IMG/VR virus record: IMGVR_UViG_3300025815_000010
Location: 15,775 to 79,774 of that record
DNA length: 64,000 bases
Strand: one strand, 5' to 3'
Source: a virus
Position numbers and translations under genes: made by a program. Positions 27,239-37,500 of this stretch are shown one piece after another. A model generated the notes under the pieces. The model worked only from the letters and a program-made list of their open reading frames with translations, was not told where the DNA came from and did not search any database. Every line of letters begins with the position of its first letter. The first letter of the stretch is position 1.

Positions 27239-30200
27239 TTGAGCCTCCTCTAGTTAAAGTAGTCGCTTGTGAATTACTTTGTACCGTTTCCGTGGAATTA
27301 GATTCTGGCAAATCCCTTCTGCGTATAAAATAACCCTGCTGTTGTTCGGAAGTTGGGACAGGAGTAGCCTCAACAGTAACAGTTGGCAATGCTTCTGGTG
27401 TCGGCACAACAGGCTTTGGAGGAATAATTTCATCCGTTATGACAGTCTGCGGCTCTGGCTCTACATCCAACACCGGAGGGTCTTTCGTGTCTTGTGGATC
27501 TGGGGCTGGAATTTCAATATCTTCACATTCACCAGTTTCTGAGTTATATCTTTGACCTTCGCCACATGGGTCTTCTGTGACTACTGGCTTGTCTGGGATA
27601 GTTTCTTGCGGAATCTCCCTATCATCACAAGGGTCATCTTCCTTAAGTTTTTCTTCTGGGACTGTCTCGCCACTCGTTTCGATAATTCCCAAAGAATCAC
27701 TAATCTGTTGATTATCTGGTGTAGTGCCGCCTGCTGTTTCTTCCTTTTCTATAACAAAAACAACCTGTTCTGCTGAAACGGGGATCGTCATACTGTAGAT
27801 TGGCTTCATCCCCTCATCGAATCCAGTAATATATTTTACAGAAGCAATTGTTTTTTCTAACACTTCTTCTTCTTTTATTTCTATTTCTTCAAGCTTCGGG
27901 TCTAACTGCTGTTCCTCTTTAGCTCTAGCCATCCTCATACGACGTCGAATCCTTAAATGTCTCCTTGGTAACGAGTCTTTTCTGTCGATAGGAGGCTCTT
28001 CTGTCTGCCGTATTTCTTTGGACAGCAGCTTATCTTTAAGCTCTTGCTCTTTAGGGTCTTCTACACTATATGCTTCTTCGGTCTTTTCTCCACCAGTCTT
28101 AGTTTGGAAATTTCTTCCTTCTCCAAAATACTTTGCAGAGTCACCAGACTGTTCTTTCTTCTTTCTTCTCAGCCTTCTGTTCTGGATCCTAACACCCATA
28201 CCCGCCAAAACATCATCAACCGTGCCATCGCTATACTCCGTTGATACCTCATCTGTCCTTAGTGCGCTAAGAGCTTTCTCGTAAGAGCCTGCTAGCGCTC
28301 TAGATAACACTATATCTTCTTCTTTAGTCTCAACAACAGTTGGCGTTAGTGAAGAATTATAGACTTTTCTAAAACCTTTTAAATCTTCATTAGTTATTTG
28401 CCTTTCATTCTTGCCTACGATTTCTGGGAAGAACTTATTAGCTTCTATGTTGAACCGGTTAACTAAACTATTTCTATTGATTCTAGGAAGCCTGCCGGGA
28501 CTCTTAGTTAGTGCGCCCCTCATATAGCTCAAGTATACCTTGCTCCTAGAGTGCTTTGAAGCCCTCCACGGCTTCTCGGCGAAGTCCCTACTACTTCTTA
28601 GTCTATCGCTCTTCTGAGGCTTGTTCCTGCCCCCAGAAGACCTAGAGGTGTTCTCTGCTACAGATACTTCATGCTTGCTCAAGGATGTGATGAGGGCGTC
28701 TAGAAGTTCAATATATTTTTCAACTCCTGCCAAGTTACCAGTTGAAGGATAAAGCGTTTTTTGTAGTTGCTTCTTTTGTCTTCTAGGTATCTTGCGACCA
28801 AGCAATTCCTCTAAAGCACTAAAATATAACATAGGAGAAGTTCTCCATGGTAAATTTGCAGCTTTGTTTGCGTTGCCTTTTGTTTTTATATCCAGATTGT
28901 AAATCTTTTTTAGGTATGAAAGATATTCATGACTGAACTGGCCTGTCTGGGAATTAAAGTTAGATGGACTCTTTGCTTCTTCATAGTACGACATAATAAT
29001 TTTTCTCGCTCTACGCAAGGAGTTAAGTCGCATATTGACAAACTTTTTAGTAGGATCTGTCACATCAATTTCGACACCGTATTTATAAGTGCCGTTTGTT
29101 AACTCCGACGCTTCAGCATCTACAAAAGAGAAAGCCTTTTTAGTACCAAGGCCAGAAATCCTTAATTGCTCAAAATATCCAATTGTCTTTTCACTTATTT
29201 CATCACCGTCTTCATCAATAATATTCTTTGCTGTTGCGACATTTCCAGCTTGCAAACTAGAATCAGAACTTGATACAACAACTGTTCTCTCCGGTGCCCT
29301 TGATTTTACTATTCTGGACTCCTTTGAGTAGCCGCCCTCAAAGTCATAAATCTTGTCTCTATAAATTGTTATGTTATTGATCCTTGCGAGGGACATAATT
29401 TTTTTTCTGTTTCTCAAGTTCATAAGCTGGTTATATTCCGAGTTCTGACGTAAGAAGCTCTCTAGATCAAAGGCAAACATGCCCCTAACGATACCAGTAG
29501 AGTCTCCACTAAGGAATATGTCTGAATATATTTTTGTTGGTGTCTGCTGCGAAGTTAATGCAACCTGCTCTTGCAGTCCCTTCATCCGGCCAAATATTCT
29601 AAAATCTCTTACTATGTTTTCATGTTCTACGACTGTAAGTTTTCCATGTGGCTGGTCTGTATGTCTGGCCCCTTCCATGAAGCCCAAGGTTGGATGCCTA
29701 TGCACAGGACCTTTCCATATACTTCCATCTCTAGAGTAGAATGTATAAGACGTGAAATTTGTTCTGCCATTTGACATAGCCTTTTGTGATGTTCTCCTAC
29801 CATATAACCCTAGCGGCTCAAACGCAGGGAACACTGTAAAGCCAACAAACTCAGACTCTAGCAGGAAAACTCTTTTTAGTTTTATCGTACAAAGGGTATC
29901 ATTGTGTTCGGATAGCTGCCTAACAGCATAATCTTTAAGTAACTTATTTGTTGGGAATGAGAGCGTTTTCTCTTTTATATGCTTTTTAAATCTTTTTGGG
30001 ATAGATTTGATCGACGTAACATTTGAACTTTTTATGTAATCAAATGCTGCACTAGAAGTTGCGCACAGCACCTTGACAGTTAGGGAAGCTAGAATAGGTG
30101 GGTTGTACCAATGTGGATTTGCGAGCAAGTCATTCAAGGAAACTGTAATTGTTGCGGCTACAGCTTCCTTTTCGTTAGCATCTAATCTTCTGGTGCCGCT

Positions 30201-30374
30201 AGACAATCTGTTGTTTCCATATACATTTTTTACAAATTCTGGTCTGTCAACATCATTTGTGAGTAAATCCTCGCTTCGTAAAGAAGTGGGATCACCCAAT
30301 ACAATAGAGTCAATGAAAACATAAGGAAGTCTTTCACCAACTAATTTTCTTAAAACTTCGTTTCTTGAAAGCAT
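27228..30374 (-). CDS. Large hypothetical virion-associated protein
   Basis: 1048 aa, translationally coupled on both sides. His-rich motif and Pro/Glu-rich C-terminus. Confidence 0.6.
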   Translation of the reverse strand: MLSRNEVLRKLVGERLPYVFIDSIVLGDPTSLRSEDLLTNDVDRPEFVKNVYGNNRLSSGTRRLDANEKEAVAATITVSLNDLLANPHWYNPPILASLTVKVLCATSSAAFDYIKSSNVTSIKSIPKRFKKHIKEKTLSFPTNKLLKDYAVRQLSEHNDTLCTIKLKRVFLLESEFVGFTVFPAFEPLGLYGRRTSQKAMSNGRTNFTSYTFYSRDGSIWKGPVHRHPTLGFMEGARHTDQPHGKLTVVEHENIVRDFRIFGRMKGLQEQVALTSQQTPTKIYSDIFLSGDSTGIVRGMFAFDLESFLRQNSEYNQLMNLRNRKKIMSLARINNITIYRDKIYDFEGGYSKESRIVKSRAPERTVVVSSSDSSLQAGNVATAKNIIDEDGDEISEKTIGYFEQLRISGLGTKKAFSFVDAEASELTNGTYKYGVEIDVTDPTKKFVNMRLNSLRRARKIIMSYYEEAKSPSNFNSQTGQFSHEYLSYLKKIYNLDIKTKGNANKAANLPWRTSPMLYFSALEELLGRKIPRRQKKQLQKTLYPSTGNLAGVEKYIELLDALITSLSKHEVSVAENTSRSSGGRNKPQKSDRLRSSRDFAEKPWRASKHSRSKVYLSYMRGALTKSPGRLPRINRNSLVNRFNIEANKFFPEIVGKNERQITNEDLKGFRKVYNSSLTPTVVETKEEDIVLSRALAGSYEKALSALRTDEVSTEYSDGTVDDVLAGMGVRIQNRRLRRKKKEQSGDSAKYFGEGRNFQTKTGGEKTEEAYSVEDPKEQELKDKLLSKEIRQTEEPPIDRKDSLPRRHLRIRRRMRMARAKEEQQLDPKLEEIEIKEEEVLEKTIASVKYITGFDEGMKPIYSMTIPVSAEQVVFVIEKEETAGGTTPDNQQISDSLGIIETSGETVPEEKLKEDDPCDDREIPQETIPDKPVVTEDPCGEGQRYNSETGECEDIEIPAPDPQDTKDPPVLDVEPEPQTVITDEIIPPKPVVPTPEALPTVTVEATPVPTSEQQQGYFIRRRDLPESNSTETVQSNSQATTLTRGGSSGY

Positions 30375-31510
30375 TAATATACGGTTCCAGGCTTATCGCT
30401 GCAAGGATCATCCAAGTCTGGGCAAGGCTCGGATACTGCATCTGTACTGTAAATATCTACCAGTGCAATATTTTTCACATCTTCGCATTCAAAATCAACA
30501 TTGATGTATCTGCCATCTTTCTTATTCTCTTCGATTGATGAGCAGATAAGCTGGCTATTAATCTGCTTATCAACATATATGTTGAAATAATATTCAACAT
30601 TATCAGGTGTTATTGGTTCATTTGACGTTATGATTTCATCATCATCTAATAGAATTCCATCTTGAATATTAGATGGTCTTCTCCTAAACTTTAAAGGCTT
30701 TAGTCTTTCTACGAGAGAAGCCTCTAGTCCAGCAACACTTTCCGTAGTTACCTCAAACACTTCAATTTCAAAATTATCTTTGGTAAATTCTGAATTTAAT
30801 TCTTTAACTTGACAAAGTAATATTTCAGGATCAATATCCAGTATCTCTCCATTCTCAAACTGGATCGCCAGTTCAGTATCCGATATGAAATCTCTGTTTG
30901 TTATAGTATCTATTTTGTAGGTCAGGTCTACATTGATTTGTGGAATATCAAGCGTTGGCCTTGTAGAGCTAGAAAACGTATCTGTAGAGGAAGCTATCTC
31001 TCCACGCAGAAGTGTGATTGACCAAGCTGGAGCTTTCGTTGTCAGCTTATCAGTTGTGCCAAGCGCATATTGAGGACCATAATAATCTCTGTCAAATGCA
31101 CTAGTATCTGATAAAGACTTTAGGTTTTCTTTTGCTTGTTCTATCTCTGCTGGTAGCTCTAAGCTAAGCTTGGGTGACAGCACTGGTCCAGTGTTAGCCC
31201 CCCCTGGGGACGGAGAAGTTCCTGCAACTCTCAACCTAGTCGTCAATAAGCCTGTTTTATGAAAAACATTTCTATCAGAAAAAACTGTTTGTGTTGCAAG
31301 TTGCGGAGTATCTTCTTGAATTCTGGGTTCTATAGAATTCTGCTCTCTTTCGGGAGACTCGTTTGGTCTACCATACTGACTCTCATAAAGAATATTGTCG
31401 TCAAAAAACGCATAGTATTCTGGCTTTAGTCGCCCTACCGACAATAAGTATTCACCATAAGGAGTTAGGACCGTATCTAAAACTTCTTCTTTTTTATCTA
31501 GAAATTTCAT
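30374..31510 (-). CDS. Baseplate/tail structural protein
   Basis: N-terminus DTVLTPYGEYLLSVG...YYAFFDDNILY resembles the N-terminus of 22620-23510. Confidence 0.6.
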   Translation of the reverse strand: MKFLDKKEEVLDTVLTPYGEYLLSVGRLKPEYYAFFDDNILYESQYGRPNESPEREQNSIEPRIQEDTPQLATQTVFSDRNVFHKTGLLTTRLRVAGTSPSPGGANTGPVLSPKLSLELPAEIEQAKENLKSLSDTSAFDRDYYGPQYALGTTDKLTTKAPAWSITLLRGEIASSTDTFSSSTRPTLDIPQINVDLTYKIDTITNRDFISDTELAIQFENGEILDIDPEILLCQVKELNSEFTKDNFEIEVFEVTTESVAGLEASLVERLKPLKFRRRPSNIQDGILLDDDEIITSNEPITPDNVEYYFNIYVDKQINSQLICSSIEENKKDGRYINVDFECEDVKNIALVDIYSTDAVSEPCPDLDDPCSDKPGTVY

Positions 31511-34500
31511 TCTTGTTCGCTCCCAATAAGGTCAATTTTGGCGTCTATTTTAACTAGCTCTACCATAGAAAAGAAGTCATAAGGCCAGTTGTAACTATAT
31601 TCCGTTTCTCTCTTCTTACCAGCAATCTCAAATTCAAACTTAAATCTCTTATCATCTAGGTTATCTCCAGACTTTGAAGCAACCTTAGAGAAGTAGTTCT
31701 TAACTGCCTTTTGTTTGACTTTGAATACCATCCACTGAAGTTGGTCTGGGACCTCGCTAGAGTTTAACAGCTGATCTTCAAGAACCTTGTGGCTGATTGA
31801 TGCTTGTTGTTCCTCTACTCTTTCGATTGATTTTGGAGGTAGATTTTGCCAAATATGAGTTAGGTCGTCTGAATCAAAAGTGTGGCTAAACTCGAAAATG
31901 TACATTGCTATTGGCCTAACTGATGGATTCGTCGCAAAATCAAACTTTGGTGGGAATACATAGTTCTGCATCTTTGAATACATATCTGCAATTGAATTAT
32001 CTTCTGGTAGCTTCCCAGCCCTCATTGCTTGGGCTATGGTATCTGGTATTTCAAAGAAGGCTTTTGATGAGCCTCTCTGAACAAATGGAATCGCCACAAC
32101 GGCTTCTTTTATTTCTTTAGCTTGTGCTACTTCTCCAAGTCTACGTGGGTCTTGACTAATTCCCAACAAATCAACCAATGACTCAGTATCTGCCCCATCA
32201 TAGTAGGTTGTTGCATTCGGGTGCTGTGCTAGCCACTCACTTGGTATATCAGTAGCTTGTAGGAATATTCCCTTCTCTGGGGTATCAGGTGGTAATCCAA
32301 ACTGGTGCCACATGCCACGCGGCACTGATTCAGAACCGTAAGTTGGCATCGTTAAATTACTCTCTAGGTCAACAGGAGAGTCAGCAAAGTTAAACATAGG
32401 AGTTTCCCACTTTGGCTGTATCACCATCGCAACATGATTAGCTGTTGGGTCATCAGAAATCTTTGTTGGTTGACCAGTAACGGGATCATATTCTACTGAT
32501 TTAATTCTAGCTCTGCCATCAGTAATCAACACATCGTCTAGGTTAAGTATGTTCTGCCTAAGAGGTCTTTTTCCGGCTACTAGATTTGGATTATAGAATC
32601 CCGCGTTATTGCCAATAGTAAAATTATCATCAAAACGAATGCTGAGTTCTGCGCTGATTGCTCCTAAAATTTCTTCTAGTCTGTACTTCTTTGTCTCTGT
32701 CGCGGTAAAAGCAAAATCTAGCCATGCTTGGCCATGGTAATATGGTGGAGTAGCAGCCCAATTGTATCCGCTATGACTGTCCAGCATTCTCTGTGACAGT
32801 GTTCCATCATGATCTGTTTGTGCAAGAGCGTTTCTACCTGTTATCGGATGGTAAAAAGCAGATGGCCTACTGTACATTGTAAACGTTTCACGTAAATCTG
32901 ATTGAAGCGGATTGTCTTGTGGCACTTCATAGCCTAGGCTACCAAATGTTCTAGAAGTGTTCATGCTTCTATACATCTTGACTCTCATCGCATATGTCGT
33001 CCCAGATACTGCATTACCGAACCCTGGATCACTTTCTGGTAAAGATGTAATCGTAGTCATGTTTCCGTTTGGCAAGAAGAATTCTGGGCACTCTCCAAAG
33101 AAGTTGCTTGCCATCATTCTATACAATGGATCGCCTTGGCCATTCCAAGACGCTGTAAGATTCATGGATGCACTTGGGTGAGGAGCAGCATCAAGTATCT
33201 GAAAACCAGCAAGATACTTCTCCGGCTCTACTGCCGCCTCAAAATCAATATATCTTAGTAATGCCTCGCCACTTCCACTAATCGCATAGTAACTATCACC
33301 TAGAGTTTGCACTTCAAAGCTGCTTGTCATAACCGGATAAGGAACTCCGATACCACTTTTGACTGAATTATAAACAATGCCGGGTGCGAATACAGGCTCC
33401 AAGAATGGCCTTATTTTAGCCTGCTCGTAAGTAGAATCAGCACCTTCAACTTTAACAAACTGTGCATAGGAAGAAGAAAACTGTGTTGCCATCTGTAGTG
33501 TTCTTTCCGCAGGATAGAAGCCGTTATATGGTAGGAACTTCATGAGAGCTTTACAGGACAAAGTAATCTCTCTATCGGTGGTTACATCTCTATGGTCACT
33601 ATCTATAATATCAAAGTGCCTAAGGAAGTCGGAATTTGAGTATACATTATAGAATTGCTCATATGAGCTATCAGTGGGGAAATCAGAAGAAGCTGTCGCC
33701 CCGAAGATATCAAATGAAGCAGTATTCTCTGCTAGGAAATCCCCAGCCATAGTCGATACATAGTATTCCATGTGATCACTAATTCTAAACTCTGGGACCA
33801 CTGAATAGTCCTTACCATGATACCTTATCTCATTTGCATAATCAGAGTATGTGTTGTAAGCAGGATTGGATCTATCGCTAGAGCCGGTCACAAAGGAACC
33901 ATTCTTTATCGCTCCTGCAAGCTCTCCCGTCTGCCACAAAGCGTTACCATTACCAATATCGATGTAACCAAAGATATCTCCACCTGTCCCTGCCGCAGAG
34001 CCCGTCTGTGAAATTACAATACCAGATGGAGCTACGACAGAAGATGTTGTAGCAGAATAATGCTTGTGAGAGTATAGTGCTGATGCCGTGATGGCTGTCT
34101 TTGTACCGTGGTGCGTGTAAGTTCCAAAGTTCTGTAGCTCTCCTGCTGGATCCGTGGCGTCGTTCTCTGCCTTAATACCAGCTACATCATAGGTAGTAAA
34201 TGTTGGCTTCGCATCAAGAGCCCAAATGCTGTAGAGGCTACGACCACCAAGGCTTACCTTATTCGCTTTATTATCATTTCTCGTATCTCTGTCAGAGTGC
34301 CAGAAGTTAATTTCATAACCTTCTCGCTGACGGATTCTGTTATCATAGACGTTTCTTTCAGATGGATACACGGTCTCTTCATACATTAAACCAGCAAATC
34401 CATATTCACCGTATAGCCTCTTGGTATTATTGTAAGCTTCAGAAGAATTACGTGATAGGTGCTGCCTTTCGTTAAGCTCATAACTTGAGAAGAAACTTAA

Positions 34501-37500
34501 ATTGTTTCCATATGTTGAAATAATGTCGTAATCTCCAACCATCTGGACTATTGGCTTGTACCTTGAAATAATCGGAGATTCTCTAAATTGCTTATATGAC
34601 CCGTATCTCTGTGCTGGGAGCACTCTGCCGCCTGGTGAATAAGTTTGCTTGTCTGCACTTAAAGTAGAAATAATATGCGTATCTCTTAGATTTCTTGCAA
34701 CTGGATGTTCGCCTACCCTGATTTGGTTCCATGTATTGAAACCAAAATTATCGCCTCTATGAGATAAAATAACATTTAAAGCGTTTCCTATATTTGAAAC
34801 GGAACCAAAGTTATTTGTCAGGTAAGAAACCATTCCTGTGCCAAGTGGGTATCCTAGAGTCTGCTCTGAAGAGCTTATTGGTTCTGAAATAACTGTATTT
34901 AACCCTACTGTATCGACAACTATGCCTGTGGTGGACACGATATCGCTCTGGCTCAAGAAGGTTATCGCGTTAACATACCCAGCTGAAGTAGAGACCTCAA
35001 AGTTAGCTGGGGCATATCCAAGCATCTTTCTACCACTAGCTCTCGTTCCGCCTGGCTCTGTTGAGACATAAGATGCTGTAAGCCATGTGTATTGTAGGTC
35101 ACTCTGCGGAATTGGTCTCGTAACAAACGCATTGTCTCTCACTGATCCCGTGGCCACTGTCCCTAAATCACCAACAAATTCGTTACTGTACTCAATTCTA
35201 TTCAGTGTGTTTCTATTAATTTTAAAGTAGTTTGCAACACCAGAGTAATCGTCTTCAGTTGCAGACACTCCGTCTTTAAAACCAAACTGTGCCGATGAAG
35301 CTGACAGGAGGACCCTAAATGGGTTTCTTACTAATAAATTCCTGTACGGCAGAGCGTTATAGACACTAAACTGCGTTGTTGCAGAGTCTAGGGCACCATG
35401 GGCGACATCTGGACCTCCAGGCGAAGAGAACCGTGTCGTCATCATATGAGCAGAGCTAGAAAGGAATTGAACCTCAGTATCTACAATTCCAGTTATAACA
35501 CTAGATGTAATATTACTTACAGCTACACCTTCGTTCCTTACAAACTGTGAATCTCCGCTGGCCCTGCCAGCTACTTGCACCACTTCTCTAATATTCGTGT
35601 AGTTGCCTAAAGTCTCGCTACCAGTGGTTATTTGTAGATTCTCAATATTAACTGGTCTTTTGACTTTTACATTTCTCGTGAATACGGAGTACGGCCTTGT
35701 TGCGCGAGGCCATTGGCCTGCCTCATCCAAGCCTCGGAACCTAAGGGCTGTCGCAGATTGATTGACATAAAAGCTTTCCGCTCTAGTCGAAGCATCGTCA
35801 GTGCCATCAGAAATATTCTGGTGTCTTGATGAAAATCCTCCTACAAACTTTTCAGTAAACGGAGTTTGCATTGGAATCTCTCCACCTAAGTGATAAGATT
35901 CAAATGAGTGTATATTGACAGCCTGAAAATCAGTAAAGGTGGTGTTGTAGCCAGTGTCTAAGTTGCCACTTAGATACCTGAATGGAAGATAGTTTTGTGC
36001 TTTTATACCATCAAATACATTACCGGCTGAATAGGTAAAGTATTTTTTATGCATAGGATGAATTACGTCGTCTATGTCCTTGATTGAATCACTTTCTCTC
36101 GTGGCGGTAGTTACGACGGTACCGTAATTTTCTGTGTACTTGTCGATAAAAGCTCCAGGTCTTGTTGTTTGGGGAAGGTTGGTACCACCGTGAATAATCT
36201 TCCTACCAGTTCCAAATCTTGATATCTTATCCTCGGAGTCTGCCTCAAAAGATATCTTTACGGGTGTCCCTCTTCTCCTCGCCCTATCAGACACTTTACT
36301 TTGTATAATTGCTGCCCTTGTCTGGTTGACACCATCGTCACTTGAAGATAAAACAGGGTGTGTTGCTTCAGCGTATTTCCAATAAACAGTGTTTTCAGAT
36401 TCCAGATTAGACACAGGAGCGTGAGCGTGTCTCCAGTTTTCTATGTCTTCAGGTACAAGCTCAAAAATACCTCTAGCTTTACCAGAAACCTCAAGGGCTG
36501 TCATCGGAGTTCTTGCCTTAAGGTCTATAGTTGGGAATTTTGCATGATATTTGGGTCTTTCCAGCACATGGCTTTCAATCATGGTCCGAACATCTTCAGA
36601 TGTATTGGCAGAAGCAGGAATGAACTGTCGCAAGATGATTGATAGCGATGAATCAATCCATCGATAAAAGTCAACGTATTTATCAAGATCAGGAGTATTT
36701 TCTACATTTTCGAAAAACAAGCTTCTTAACTTGCGTAAATCCTTGTACTCCTGGCGGTATCTGTTGACAGGCTCGCCAATTAGGTTATTGAAGCCTATAA
36801 TTGTAGAGAACATATTAAGCATCTCTTCAGAGATTGTTTGATACATACTCTTCTCAATCGCAAAGAAGTGATTTATTGTCCTACTGTCTCTTGTAAACGT
36901 CTCGTCATCAAACTCAAGGACATTCGTCATGTCGTAGCTTGTAATGACCTCTGGCGGATTCTGTACGGCTGTTTGTACATACTCTACAGCAATTGAGCCT
37001 GTTGCGCTAGCTGGGAAGAAAAATCCGCGCCCAGTGTATTGGTTAGCAACCGATTGGCCAAAATCACCCGGATATCTATCCCTTTTCTCAATCGAGCCAG
37101 AAGAAAAATCGTTAACTAAAAACTCTCCGTTAGAGTCAGATTGACTCACATCTTCAAGGTTCCAGTGCAACGCCAGAGTTTCAATCCTGGGGATAATGCT
37201 ACCCTCTAGATCGGTATCGTACACAAACGCACTCTCGTATGGCCTCAGAACACCATGAGCGTTAGTGTTCTTCGCATGAGAAATAATTTCATTGTTATCT
37301 AAGAATGTATTCCAATGTCTAAGGGAAGTTATTTTGAGATCCGATTCATTTATTAAAGAACCGGTAAAGTTTGTCCTGTGTGCTCCGAAGTAGTATCTTC
37401 TTGGGTTACTTATGTAACCATTGTTTGTACTACTTTGCGCTGCTGATCCGGTAATGCTAAATTCATTCTTGACAACTCCAAGTTCAACATTTACACCATA

